Source of the DNA: Streptosporangiaceae bacterium
Lineage (GTDB): Bacteria; Actinomycetota; Actinomycetes; Streptosporangiales; Streptosporangiaceae
Length of the DNA stretch: 64,000 nt
NCBI GenBank assembly: GCA_035651595.1
Contig: DASRFJ010000316.1
Span: forward strand, 1 to 64,000
Direction: 5' to 3'
The first letter of the stretch is position 1. Each line of letters starts with the position of its first letter. The notes below the pieces were generated by a model. That model saw only the letters and a program-made list of their open reading frames with translations, was not told the origin of the DNA and ran no database searches. The position numbers and the translations under genes were made by a program. Positions 1-9,620 of this stretch are shown in pieces.

Positions 1-824
1 GGCCGGTCGTCCCTGACCCGGTCCTCGCGGGGGGCTCGGTCTTCGCGGGGGGCCCTGTCCTCGCGATCCCGCTCGCGCGAGGAGGCGCGCGGCAGCTCCA
101 GGGCGGGCCGCTGGTATTCGGCCACCACGGGCGCGGTGTAGATGGCGGGCGGCGCGTGGTTCGAGGTGGCCGCGGCACGGTCGGCCGCCACCGACAGCGG
201 CTGGTAACTGGAGCCGACACCGGCGAGATGGCCGTTCGACCTGACCGGCGTGCTGTCCGGCTCGTCCACGGTCCGTGCGGGTTCCGCCCCGGCGATCAGT
301 TCGACATACGGCCGCAGGTGCTCGCCGCCGATCTCGATGAGGTCGTCGGACTCCTGGCGGAGCGTGCGGGAGATCGTCCAGTTGCCGTCCACCGCGATGT
401 GCACCAGCGTGACGCGCATGCCGAGATCCTGGACATCGGCGATCACCTGCGCGAGGTCCTCCTCCGCGCTGACCACCATCGCGTCGCTGACCGCGTTGTT
501 CCGCGCCAGCGTGGTCAGATCGCGCTGGATCTCGGTCTCCACACCCTCCCGGCGGCCCGGCCGGATCTTCGCCAGCCGCAGTTTGATCCCCGGCAGGTCG
601 GCCAGCGCGTCATGTTCCGCGGTGCGCCGCCCGTCGGCGGACGCCTCGTACCAGTAGCACCGCAGGAGCGGCAGGCCGGAGCGCTCCCTGGCAAGGCTGG
701 ACAGTAGCTGCAGCAGTCCCTCGTAGTCCCAGGAGACCGATTCCCCGCGCCGCGTCCCGTGCACTGCCATGGCGCCATCCGCGAGCACGTAGCCAGCGTC
801 AACGAACAGCGCGCAGCGATCCAC
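1..824 (-). CDS. NYN (LabA-like) domain protein, 5' partial at window edge; ORF runs off coordinate 1
   Basis: Manual minus-strand translation gives a clean domain-like sequence (VDRCALFVDAGYVLADGAMAVHG...YWYEASADGRR...IKLRLAKIRPG...) typical of NYN/LabA proteins. Candidate GTG start near 824. Not in the ORF track because there is no stop inside the window. Plus-strand ORFs 156..707 and 250..657 look like antisense shadows. Confidence 0.5.
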   Translation of the reverse strand, partial: MDRCALFVDAGYVLADGAMAVHGTRRGESVSWDYEGLLQLLSSLARERSGLPLLRCYWYEASADGRRTAEHDALADLPGIKLRLAKIRPGRREGVETEIQRDLTTLARNNAVSDAMVVSAEEDLAQVIADVQDLGMRVTLVHIAVDGNWTISRTLRQESDDLIEIGGEHLRPYVELIAGAEPARTVDEPDSTPVRSNGHLAGVGSSYQPLSVAADRAAATSNHAPPAIYTAPVVAEYQRPALELPRASSRERDREDRAPREDRAPREDRVRDDR

Positions 825-949
825 GGCCCCACCGTCCTCTCTCAAACAACGAACACGGTCAGTGACGAGGCCACCGACCTGCTCCAAGCGTAGTGATGTC
901 AGCCCCGCGCGGTTGGGTTTCCGCGCATTCCCGCTGCCAGGCGCTCCCG

Positions 950-3199
950 CTACGGCGCGTCGCTCACCGCTACGACGCCCACGAGATAGGGGTTCTGGCC
1001 ACCGGTGAAGGTCACCGCTGGGCTCTCCGCGAGGTTCTGCGGGAACGCGCCGATGGCCGGCCCCGCCCGGGTCCATGTCACGGTCCTGACCTGCGCCTGA
1101 CGTCCGGGCGGCAGGGCATCTAGCGGTACGGACAGCGACGGACCGGACGCGCCGACCACGTACGCGCCGTCCAGCACCATGACCTGAGTGCCGGGCGCGG
1201 CGGCCGGGTCCGCGGCCACCACGACCAGGGTCCAGCCGAAGTCCGCGACGCCACCGTCGTCGCCGTCACCGTCGTTGTCTTCGCTCGCCGGTGCCGCGCA
1301 CCAGGTGCCGGTCCCGTATTGGGCAACGAGGCTGGTCACGTCCGCGAACGCCTCGAACGCGGACTTGCCGTCCGGGCCGGTGACCTCACCGGCCTTTGCC
1401 GCGGCGACCTCCTGGAAGTCGCCACCGGGTCCGCGGAGTTCGATACCAGACGGGTTGTCATTCCGGTTCCGCTGGTGGCCCGCCCAGTACAGCCCGGCCC
1501 ATTGGACCGCGCCGGGCAGCGTCAGCTCGGCCGCGCTCGCCCGGTCCCGCCAGCCGTTCCAGCAGGGCAGCGGATCCCAGCGGCAGCCGCCGAACGCGGC
1601 GCCGGCGGCCGCGATCGAGTACTGCCCGGAGGCCGCGAACCGAGCCCCGAGGCCGGCGGTGCCGACGCCCACCTTGCCGGTGGCGCTGCTGGCAGGCCCG
1701 CCGCCATGCACCGTGATGCGCGGCGGCGGCCCGGCCGCGGCGCCCGTGGCGACAGTCACCGGCAGGTAACCGGTGGCTGTCGCGCCGGGCAGCAGGGGAT
1801 TGTGCGTGCACGTCGCCCCGGCCGCCGACGGCTGACAGGTCCAGCCGCCCGCGATCGGCGGGTCCACGTAGCTCACCCCGGCGGGCAGCGCGATATCGGC
1901 CGTGACCCGTCGCGAGGTGCGCGTCCCCGGGTTCATGACGGTGAACTGAATGATCCCGCTGCTGCCCGGCAGCAGCTCTCCGACGGGGTTGACCTGTGCC
2001 GCGAGGGTGATCGGGGGCTTCGGTGCGGGGGTTCGGTGGGGGCTTGGGGGTGGCGGGGTCGGGGGCGGAGAGTGCCGAGGCGGGGAGTGCCGGGGTCTGG
2101 GTGCCGGGGGCGGCGGGGCCTGCGGGGGCGGCGGCGCGGACGGCGGATGTCTCGGCACGGACGGTGGCGGTACCGGCGGCGGGGCTGGCGCGGGCACATG
2201 CGCTGACGGCGGGGCGGCGCGGACGATCGAGGTGTTGTTCGCGGTGAGCGCCAAGGCCAGCGCGGCCAGGCCGGCCACGCCGGCCGCGGTGGCGCCGGCG
2301 ATGGCCGCCTGCTGGCTCTTCGGCGCGTGCCGGAACCAGAGCACCCGGCCGCCCAGCCAGCCCAGCACGCCGCCGCCATGGGACACCGACGCAATGTAGG
2401 CGGCTGCCGCCGGGCCGAGCACGATCGGTGCCACCACCCCGCGCAGCGCCACATTGACGTCGGCGAGCTCCAGGTACACCGCGTGGCAGTCCGCGCACTG
2501 GTCCAGGTGCGCGGCCACCGCCGCGGTGTCCCGTTTGGCCAGCCCGCCCCGGACATAGGCGCCGAGCTTGGTGACCACCGGGCGGCACTCGCCGCGCGCC
2601 ACGCCAGACAGGTGCATTTGCAGGTAGGCCTGCCGCAGCCCTTCACGTGCCCGGTAGGCGAGCGCGGCGACGCCGTTGGCGGTGAGCCCGAGCAATTCGG
2701 CCACTTCGGCGGGCCGGGCACCCTCGATCTCGGTGTGCCACAGCACCGCGCGCCACCGCTCGGGCAACGACGCGAAGGCACGCGCGATCATCGACCGCTC
2801 GAGCTTGGCCACGGCGGGATCGGCGAACCGGACGCCGGGATCGAACGCCTCCATCTCGCCGGAGACGACCACCTTGCCTTCGGCACGGAGCCGGTCGATC
2901 GCCGCGCGGCGGACCGTGGTGAGCAGGTACGGCCGGAACGCGCCATCCGGACCGCGGCCGCGCCGTAGCTGGGCGAGGACCTTGGCGAACGCCTCGGCGA
3001 CCACATCGTCGGCCTCCGCCCGGCCCCGGACGAGTTGCCGGGCAAGCGCCCTGGCCGCGGCCACATGCCGCTGGTAGAGGGTCGCGTAGGCATCTGTGTC
3101 GCCGGACCGGGTGGCGTTGAGGAGATCGATGTCGCCGGGTGGCAGCGGTTCCGCTTGACGGGGCACCAGAGGCCGCAGATCCGACGATCGACCCATCAC
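950..3199 (-). CDS. ECF sigma factor fused to ZAS-type anti-sigma motif, TM segment, Pro-rich linker and C-terminal extracytoplasmic domain (749 aa)
   Basis: N-terminal ~190 aa carry sigma-70 region 2 (DDVVAEAFAKVLAQL) and region 4 (ARPAEVAELLGLTANGVAALAYRAREGLR). This is followed, with no stop, by an anti-sigma HxxxCxxC motif (AHLDQCADCHAV). Next comes a hydrophobic TM helix (VVAPIVLGPAAAAYIASV), then a PPxP-rich linker and a ~350 aa C-terminal domain. Continuous ORF in the track. Confidence 0.7.
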   Translation of the reverse strand: MMGRSSDLRPLVPRQAEPLPPGDIDLLNATRSGDTDAYATLYQRHVAAARALARQLVRGRAEADDVVAEAFAKVLAQLRRGRGPDGAFRPYLLTTVRRAAIDRLRAEGKVVVSGEMEAFDPGVRFADPAVAKLERSMIARAFASLPERWRAVLWHTEIEGARPAEVAELLGLTANGVAALAYRAREGLRQAYLQMHLSGVARGECRPVVTKLGAYVRGGLAKRDTAAVAAHLDQCADCHAVYLELADVNVALRGVVAPIVLGPAAAAYIASVSHGGGVLGWLGGRVLWFRHAPKSQQAAIAGATAAGVAGLAALALALTANNTSIVRAAPPSAHVPAPAPPPVPPPSVPRHPPSAPPPPQAPPPPAPRPRHSPPRHSPPPTPPPPSPHRTPAPKPPITLAAQVNPVGELLPGSSGIIQFTVMNPGTRTSRRVTADIALPAGVSYVDPPIAGGWTCQPSAAGATCTHNPLLPGATATGYLPVTVATGAAAGPPPRITVHGGGPASSATGKVGVGTAGLGARFAASGQYSIAAAGAAFGGCRWDPLPCWNGWRDRASAAELTLPGAVQWAGLYWAGHQRNRNDNPSGIELRGPGGDFQEVAAAKAGEVTGPDGKSAFEAFADVTSLVAQYGTGTWCAAPASEDNDGDGDDGGVADFGWTLVVVAADPAAAPGTQVMVLDGAYVVGASGPSLSVPLDALPPGRQAQVRTVTWTRAGPAIGAFPQNLAESPAVTFTGGQNPYLVGVVAVSDAP

Positions 3200-3322
3200 T
3201 CACCGTCCTCGATCGATCTCTTACAGTCACCAAGAATCATGACGCAAGTCGCGTCATGCCGGAATGGCTTTGCCGTCTTCAGATACGAGGACGACAGCAC
3301 GCGACGACCCGCGGAGGAACCC

Positions 3323-4111
3323 GTGAGCCGCTCCACCCCGCCCGGCAAGACCGGACGCACCAGCTCAGCCGCCATGAACCCGACCGCACTTACGGACGCC
3401 TGGCGGCGGCGCACCCTCGCGGCCGGCTGGCTCGCGATCGACGACTGGCACACCGCCGCGGTCGACGCGGTAGCAAGTGCGGTCCTGCTCCGCGGGCTGT
3501 CCGCTGGTGCCGAACTGGCCCAGGCCTGCGGCAGCCTCGGCCGATCACGTGCGGAGGCCGGGATCGGCATAGCCGAGACGATCGAGGATCTCGCCGCGCT
3601 GTTCGCGGTGCTGGACGGCGGCTGCCCGCCGCTGCGGCTGGTGACCTCGATCGCCGCGGGCTGGGCGGAGGAGGGGCTGGCCCGGCACTGGCAGGGCGGT
3701 TGCGAGGACCCGCTGACCGGGCTGGCCACGGTGTCCTACCTGCGCACCCGGCTGACCGAGGTGTATCGCGAGGCAGGGCAGCTCGGTACCAGCCCCGCCG
3801 CCACGCACCGCCTGGTGGTTATCCGGCTGTCGCCGCGACCGGACGCGCTGGACCGGGTGGCTCGGGCCATCTCGCTGGGCCACGATCTGCGGGCCGCGTT
3901 TCCCGGCGGTGACACGCTCTGCGGCGAATCGCTGTCCGCCTTCGCGTCCGGTCCGGCCATCGCGCTGGTGCGGGCGTGCGGCGACCTGCCCGCGCGGTAC
4001 GCGAGCCTGCGCCGGACCATCAGGCTCTCTCGCGGCGCGCAGCTCCGCATGGCGCCGCTGCCGGCTGTGCTCACCGAGGCGCTCCGCCTGGTGGACGAGC
4101 TGGCCCACTGA
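3323..4111 (+). CDS. hypothetical protein with degenerate GGDEF-like domain
   Basis: GGAGG lies 5 nt upstream of the GTG at 3323. The segment EDPLTGLATVSYLRTRL...HRLVVIRL...GGDTLCGESLSAFA resembles a diguanylate cyclase fold, but the GG(D/E)EF motif is replaced by GESLS. The longer N-terminal part of the ORF-track entry is not supported. Confidence 0.5.
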   Translation: MSRSTPPGKTGRTSSAAMNPTALTDAWRRRTLAAGWLAIDDWHTAAVDAVASAVLLRGLSAGAELAQACGSLGRSRAEAGIGIAETIEDLAALFAVLDGGCPPLRLVTSIAAGWAEEGLARHWQGGCEDPLTGLATVSYLRTRLTEVYREAGQLGTSPAATHRLVVIRLSPRPDALDRVARAISLGHDLRAAFPGGDTLCGESLSAFASGPAIALVRACGDLPARYASLRRTIRLSRGAQLRMAPLPAVLTEALRLVDELAH

Positions 4112-4181
4112 CGCCGCCGGCGCCGGTGATCCCGTGGAGGGGACGGGACCCGGCGCCGGCGGCCCGCTAGGATCGCCTAGC

Positions 4182-4718
4182 GTGAACGATCGCGCTGACC
4201 TCCTCGCGGCCATCAAGGAGAACGCCGTCGTGCACGGCGACTTCGTACTGTCTTCGGGTCAGCGGGCGACCTGGTACATCGATCTGCGCCGGATCATGCT
4301 GAACGGGCGGTTCGCTCCGCTGGCCGGCCGGGTGATGCTCGATCTCACCGAGGATCTGGGCTACGAAGCGGTCGGCGGGCTCACGCTCGGCGCCGACCCG
4401 GTGGCCGCCGCGATGATGTACGCCGCCGCCGGGCGCGGCACCCCGGTCGATGCGTTCGTGGTTCGCAAGGAGGCCAAGGAGCACGGCACGCAGCGCCGGA
4501 TCGAGGGCCCGGACGTGGCCGGCCGGCGGGTGCTCGCCGTCGAGGACACGTCGACCACCGGCAACTCGGTGCTCACCGCGGTGGACGCGCTGCGCGCCGC
4601 GGGCGCGGAGGTCGTCGGCGTCGCCGTGCTGGTCGACCGGGGCGCGCGGGAGAAGGTGGCCGAGCGCGGCCTGCCGTACCGGGCGGCCTACGCGCTAGCG
4701 GAGCTCGGCGTTGGCTGA
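4182..4718 (+). CDS. pyrE: orotate phosphoribosyltransferase
   Basis: Typical PyrE sequence (LLAAIKENAVVHGDFVLSSGQRATWYIDLRR...VLAVEDTSTTGNSV...) with the PRPP-binding motif; about 179 aa starting from the GTG. Confidence 0.85.
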   Translation: MNDRADLLAAIKENAVVHGDFVLSSGQRATWYIDLRRIMLNGRFAPLAGRVMLDLTEDLGYEAVGGLTLGADPVAAAMMYAAAGRGTPVDAFVVRKEAKEHGTQRRIEGPDVAGRRVLAVEDTSTTGNSVLTAVDALRAAGAEVVGVAVLVDRGAREKVAERGLPYRAAYALAELGVG

Positions 4719-5417
4719 GCCATCCGCCGGCTTGGCGTGCCTTCCGCCGGGTCGGCTGACCGGGTCGGATCCCCTCGGCCCGCTGGCCGTGTCGTCGCCG
4801 CCGGATTCCGCGTGGGCGGCCTGCTCACGGCGGTACTGCCGCAACCGGTAGAAGAAGCCGGCCACCAGCACGACCACGACGACCGCCACGATGACGTAGG
4901 ACGCGTCGGACAGCCCGTGGCTGACCGAGCTCCACGCGGAGCCGACGCCGTACCCGATCAGGGAGAGGATCACCGCGTACAGCACGGTCCCGATCGCGCT
5001 GAGCACCGCGAACCGCACCGGCGGGACCCGGACCACGCCCGCGACGATGGAGACGATCGCCCGGACGAACGGGAGCATCCGCCCGACCGGGATCGCCCAG
5101 GCGCCGCGGCCTTCGAGGAACCGCTCGGCACGGTCCACGTCCGACTCGGTGACCAGGACGAACCGGCCCACCTTGCGCACCAGCGGCCTGCCGCCGGCCC
5201 GGCCTATGTAGTACGAGGTAATAGAACCGGCCAGCTCGGCCAGCGAGCCGATGACGATTACCAGCGCGAGGTTCAGGTGCCCCTGGTAGGCGAGCACTCC
5301 GGCGAAGCCGAACGTCACCTCCGACGAGATCGGGATGCAGCACGCTTCGAGGAAGCCGAGCAGGATCAGCGCCGCATAGCCGCCCGATTGGATGTGGTTG
5401 GTGACGAAGCTTCCCAT
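4695..5417 (-). CDS. DedA/SNARE-associated family membrane protein
   Basis: Multi-TM profile and DedA-type motifs (GFLEACCIPISSEVTFGFAGVLAY...GRMLPFVRAIVSIVAG). Confidence 0.75.
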   Translation of the reverse strand: MGSFVTNHIQSGGYAALILLGFLEACCIPISSEVTFGFAGVLAYQGHLNLALVIVIGSLAELAGSITSYYIGRAGGRPLVRKVGRFVLVTESDVDRAERFLEGRGAWAIPVGRMLPFVRAIVSIVAGVVRVPPVRFAVLSAIGTVLYAVILSLIGYGVGSAWSSVSHGLSDASYVIVAVVVVVLVAGFFYRLRQYRREQAAHAESGGDDTASGPRGSDPVSRPGGRHAKPADGSANAELR

Positions 5418-5513
5418 GACCTTATTTCTACAGCACGGTAGTGGCTGCCCAGTGCAAGTTCACGCCGTCTAGAGTGGGTGCGACCGCAGGCCCTCGTCAC
5501 TGGAGCTATCGCT

Positions 5514-6536
5514 ATGCCTATCGCGACACCGGAAATCTACGCGCAGATGCTGGACACCGCAAAGCAGCGCGGTTTCGCGTTTCCGGCCATCAACGTGACC
5601 TCTACCCAGACACTCAACGCGGCCCTGCAGGGTTTCGCCGAGGCCGGCAGCGACGGCATTGTGCAGATATCCACCGGCGGCGCGGAGTACCTGTCCGGCA
5701 GCAAGGTGAAGAACATGGTGACCGGGGCCGTCGCGCTCGCCGAGTTCGCCCACGTGGTCGCCGCCAAGTACCCGGTTAACGTCGCGCTGCACACCGACCA
5801 TTGCCCGAAGGACAGGCTGGACGGCTACATGCGCCCGCTGGTCGAGCTTTCCGTCGAGCGGGTCGCTGGCGGCGAGGAGCCGCTGTTCCAGTCGCACATG
5901 TGGGACGGCTCCGCGGTGCCGCTCACGGAGAACCTCCAGATCGCCAGGGAACTTCTGGACCGCTGCTCCGCCGCCCGGATCATCATGGAGATGGAGATCG
6001 GCGTCGTCGGCGGCGAGGAAGACGGCGTCGTCGGCGAGATCAACGAGAAGCTGTACACCACGCCGGAAGACGCGCTGGCCACGGCCGAGGCGGTCGGGCT
6101 CGGGGAGCGCGGCCGGTACATCCTGGCCGCTACCTTCGGCAACGTGCACGGTGTGTACAAGCCGGGGCACGTCAAGCTGCGGCCGGAGGTGCTCAAGGAG
6201 ATCCAGGACGCCGTGGGCACCAAGTACGGCAAGGAGAAGCCGTTCGACCTGGTCTTCCATGGCGGGTCCGGGTCCGCGCTGGAGGAGATCCGGGAGGCGA
6301 TCGGCTACGGCGTCGTGAAGATGAACGTGGACACCGACACCCAGTACGCGTTCACCCGGCCGGTCGCGGGCCACATGTTCGCCAACTACGACGGCGTGCT
6401 CAAGGTGGACGGCGACGTGGGCAACAAGAAGGTCTACGACCCGCGCAGCTGGGGCAAGTCGGCCGAGGCCGGCATGGCCGCCCGGGTGACCGAGGCCTGC
6501 CAGGACCTGCTGTCCGCCGGGAACGCGCTCAGCTGA
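5514..6536 (+). CDS. fba: class II fructose-bisphosphate aldolase
   Basis: Typical class II FBA sequence (MPIATPEIYAQMLDTAKQRGFAFPAINV...HTDHC...FHGGSGS). GGAG lies upstream of the ATG at 5514. Confidence 0.9.
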   Translation: MPIATPEIYAQMLDTAKQRGFAFPAINVTSTQTLNAALQGFAEAGSDGIVQISTGGAEYLSGSKVKNMVTGAVALAEFAHVVAAKYPVNVALHTDHCPKDRLDGYMRPLVELSVERVAGGEEPLFQSHMWDGSAVPLTENLQIARELLDRCSAARIIMEMEIGVVGGEEDGVVGEINEKLYTTPEDALATAEAVGLGERGRYILAATFGNVHGVYKPGHVKLRPEVLKEIQDAVGTKYGKEKPFDLVFHGGSGSALEEIREAIGYGVVKMNVDTDTQYAFTRPVAGHMFANYDGVLKVDGDVGNKKVYDPRSWGKSAEAGMAARVTEACQDLLSAGNALS

Positions 6537-7596
6537 CCCCGAGCCGCGCCGCCCGCGCGAACGCGGCGCGGATCCGCGCGATCACCTCCTCCGGCGCGTA
6601 CACGATCTCCGCCCAGGTGAAGTGGACGACCTCGAATCCGGCGTCACGGAGCCTGGCATCTCGTTTGAGCTGCCAGGTGACGTTGCGCCGGTTTTCGCGG
6701 TACTTGGCATTGCCGTCCGCCTCGGCGATCGTGCGGTGCCGCGGCCAGTAGAAGTCCACCCGGCCGACCCGAAGCCCGTCGTCGCCCAGCCACACCTGCG
6801 GCTCTGGTGCTTCGAGACCATGCCGGTCGAAGGCCACCCTGGCTATCGACTCCAGCGCGGATTCGGCACGCCCGTCGCCGAACTCGATCGCCCGCCGCGC
6901 GCTGGCCGTCCCCGGCCAGCCACCGCAGGCCGCCAGCACCGCCGCAAGCTCGCCTGGGGTTGTGCGCCTCAACCGCAGCGCGCTGTCGGCCACGACCACG
7001 CCCGCGTCCAGCGTCCCGCACCGCGCGAGATCCACCACCGTCCGCGCCACGCTCGTGCACGCCACCCCGAACCGCGTAGTGACATGCCCCTCCGGCAACT
7101 CCGCGGTGTACACGCGCACGTCCCGGCGCCGGGCACGGCTCCCTTGCCCAGTCAGCGGCTGGGTTACCGTGACCAATTTGGCCGACGAAGCGGTCAGTGT
7201 GTCAAGACCGTGCATGACCGCGGCGGAACGATGACTGGCGACCTGGCCCTCAGCGCGACGTGCGAGCACGGTCGCCACCCGCAACGCCTCCGCGCGCCGC
7301 GGATCTTCCGCCGCTTGGGCGGCCATCAAGACCGGGACGTACGTTCCGTGCCGCGGCGACTCCAGGATTCCCTGCCGTACCAGCCGCCCGATCCGCTCCT
7401 TCGACACCCCCGCCGCGACAAGCTGCTCAGTCGTCAGCACCCAGTTGCACTCTCGGAAAAGCGCCGCCACCTCACGACCCGCCACACCATGAACATGCCC
7501 ACTGTCACCGCACGCGCACGCAAGGTAAGCAACAACTATCCCTTCGGCAACATCGCCAGGCGCCCCCCGTATGACTACACGCGTCTTGTTACCCAT
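6529..7596 (-). CDS. DUF559 (restriction-endonuclease-like) protein with AbiEi_4-like N-terminal domain
   Basis: C-terminal segment VDFYWPRHRTIAEADGNAKYR...HFTWAEI is typical of DUF559/Vsr-like folds. N-terminal segment LTTEQLVAAGVSKERIGRLVRQGILESPRHGTYV is a typical AbiEi-type wHTH. The true start may be internal. Confidence 0.6.
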   Translation of the reverse strand: MGNKTRVVIRGAPGDVAEGIVVAYLACACGDSGHVHGVAGREVAALFRECNWVLTTEQLVAAGVSKERIGRLVRQGILESPRHGTYVPVLMAAQAAEDPRRAEALRVATVLARRAEGQVASHRSAAVMHGLDTLTASSAKLVTVTQPLTGQGSRARRRDVRVYTAELPEGHVTTRFGVACTSVARTVVDLARCGTLDAGVVVADSALRLRRTTPGELAAVLAACGGWPGTASARRAIEFGDGRAESALESIARVAFDRHGLEAPEPQVWLGDDGLRVGRVDFYWPRHRTIAEADGNAKYRENRRNVTWQLKRDARLRDAGFEVVHFTWAEIVYAPEEVIARIRAAFARAARLGVS

Positions 7597-7766
7597 TCGT
7601 CGGGCCTCCCTGACCGATACGCCCGCTTTTGTCCCCGCCGTCCGGGTACCAAGACACCTGTAGCGTTAAGAAACCACCACAAACCGGGCGCGGGGCTGCG
7701 CCAGGTCGGGCGCGCGGGTGCGCTGGGTTGGGCGCGGGGAGGGGGTGGGGGCGGTAGGGTCGGGGT

Positions 7767-8207
7767 GTGGAACGGGAGAATTTGTTCGCGGGGGCTGGGC
7801 CTGCGGCTACGCGGCTGCCTGAGGACGCGGAGGCGGCTGGGGCACTTGAGTCTGCTGTGGGCGGCGGCGGCATCGAGGACGTCAAGGACGTCGCGGGGCG
7901 GTTTCCGGCTTATAGCGCGGCGTGGGCGACGCTCGCGGAGCGGGCGTACCAGAACGGCGACCCGGTGACCGCGTACGCGTATGCGCGGACCGGGTACCAC
8001 CGCGGGCTGGACCAGCTACGACGTGCCGGGTGGCGGGGTACCGGGCCGGTGCCGTGGGAGCACGCGCCGAACCGCGGCTTTCTTCGCTCGCTGCACATGC
8101 TCGGCAAGGCGGCGGAAGCGATCGGCGAGCACGACGAGGCCGGCCGTTGCGCGCAGTTCCTCGAGGACAGCAGCCCCACCGCCGCGACGGAACTCAGCGG
8201 AACATAA
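7767..8207 (+). CDS. conserved actinobacterial protein, DUF3151-like
   Basis: ORF starts at a GTG. The sequence (PAYSAAWATLAERAYQNGDPVTAYAYARTGYHRGLDQLRRAGWRG) is conserved next to fba/purA in actinobacteria. The family assignment is from memory. Confidence 0.5.
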   Translation: MERENLFAGAGPAATRLPEDAEAAGALESAVGGGGIEDVKDVAGRFPAYSAAWATLAERAYQNGDPVTAYAYARTGYHRGLDQLRRAGWRGTGPVPWEHAPNRGFLRSLHMLGKAAEAIGEHDEAGRCAQFLEDSSPTAATELSGT

Positions 8208-8324
8208 CCCCCGAAGCGGTTGCCAGCAAGTCCGCCGGGTAAGCTCACAACGCAAGAGCCCCTGCCGCGCTTGCGCCGAGCAGGGGCTTTCGAGTTGTCG
8301 CACCTTGGGGGTGTACTTCCACCG

Positions 8325-9611
8325 ATGCCCGCCATCGTGCTTGTCGGGGCCCAGTGGGGCGACGAGGGCAAGGGCAAGGCGACCGACCTGCTCGGTGACC
8401 GCGTCGACTACGTGGTCAGGTACCAGGGCGGCAACAACGCCGGCCACACGGTCGTCATCGGCGACGAGAGCTACGCGCTGCACATGCTGCCGTCCGGCGT
8501 GCTCTCCCCCGAGGTCACCCCCGTCATCGGCAACGGCGTGGTGATCGACCCGCAGGTGCTGCTCGACGAGATCGACACGCTCCAGGCGCGCAACGTCGAC
8601 TGCGGCAAGCTGCTGGTGTCGGCGAACGCGCACCTGATCATGCCGTACCACCGGGCGCTGGACAAGGTAACCGAGCGCTATCTCGGCAGCAACCGGATCG
8701 GGACCACCGGCCGCGGCATCGGCCCGGCTTACGGCGACAAGATCGCCCGGGTGGGCATCCGGGTGCAGGACCTGTTCGACCCCGGCATCCTGCGGCAGAA
8801 GCTCGACCTGGTGCTGCGCGACAAGAACCAGATACTCGGCAAGGTCTACAACCGCCGCGCGATCGAGCTGGCGAAGATCGCCGAGGACTACAAGTCATAC
8901 GCCGAACGCCTCAAGCCGTACGTGGCCGACACCGGCCTGGTGCTCGGCAAGGCACTCGATCAGGGCAAGGTCGTGCTCCTCGAGGGCGCCCAGGCCACGA
9001 TGCTCGACGTGGACCACGGCACGTATCCGTTCGTGACCAGTTCCTCGCCAACGGCAGGCGGCGCCTGCGCCGGCTCTGGCATCGGGCCGACCAGGATCAG
9101 CCAGGTGATCGGCATCGTCAAGGCGTACACGACCCGCGTCGGCGAGGGCCCGTTCCCGACGGAACAAACCGACGAGAACGGCGAGTTCCTCCGCACGACC
9201 GGCGCGGAATACGGCGTGACCACGGGCAGACCGCGCCGCTGCGGCTGGTTCGACGCGGTGGTGGCGCGCTACGCCACCCGGGTCAACGGGATCACCAGCT
9301 ACTTCCTCACCAAGCTCGACGTGCTGTCCCGGCTGGACAAGGTGCCGGTGTGCGTCGCGTACGACGTGGACGGCACGCGGTACGACGAGATCCCGATGAC
9401 GCAGACCGATTTCCATCACGCCGAGCCGGTGTACGAGCACTTCGACGGCTGGGCCGAGGACATCTCGGGCGCGCGGGACTTCGCCGGCCTGCCGGCCAAC
9501 GCCCAGGCGTACGTGCGGGCGATCGAGGAGATGATCGGCGCGCCGATCGCCGGCATCGGCGTCGGCCCCCGCCGCGACCAGACGCTCCAGCTGAGGGATC
9601 TGCTCCGGTAG
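8325..9611 (+). CDS. purA: adenylosuccinate synthetase
   Basis: Contains the P-loop region QWGDEGKGK and the GNNAGHT and [10 protein letters not shown] motifs. Start chosen at the ATG encoding [18 protein letters not shown]. Confidence 0.9.
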   Translation: MPAIVLVGAQWGDEGKGKATDLLGDRVDYVVRYQGGNNAGHTVVIGDESYALHMLPSGVLSPEVTPVIGNGVVIDPQVLLDEIDTLQARNVDCGKLLVSANAHLIMPYHRALDKVTERYLGSNRIGTTGRGIGPAYGDKIARVGIRVQDLFDPGILRQKLDLVLRDKNQILGKVYNRRAIELAKIAEDYKSYAERLKPYVADTGLVLGKALDQGKVVLLEGAQATMLDVDHGTYPFVTSSSPTAGGACAGSGIGPTRISQVIGIVKAYTTRVGEGPFPTEQTDENGEFLRTTGAEYGVTTGRPRRCGWFDAVVARYATRVNGITSYFLTKLDVLSRLDKVPVCVAYDVDGTRYDEIPMTQTDFHHAEPVYEHFDGWAEDISGARDFAGLPANAQAYVRAIEEMIGAPIAGIGVGPRRDQTLQLRDLLR

Positions 9612-9620
9612 CCTCGCCCC

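Noticed and set aside
156-707. 183 aa plus-strand ORF (and nested 250..657)
   Set aside because: Arg/Pro/Gly-rich with no domain features. It lies antisense to a much more protein-like minus-strand NYN reading frame.
1319-2781. Several long ORFs (1319..2206 +, 1458..2588 -, 1933..2781 -) inside the sigma/anti-sigma gene
   Set aside because: Overlapping frames of a high-GC gene; extreme Arg/Gly/Pro composition typical of shadow ORFs.
5801-6751. 316 aa plus-strand ORF overlapping fba
   Set aside because: Alternative frame of the clearly homologous fba gene.
6622-7968. 448 aa plus-strand ORF spanning the DUF559 gene and its upstream spacer
   Set aside because: Antisense/low-complexity; crosses an intergenic region.
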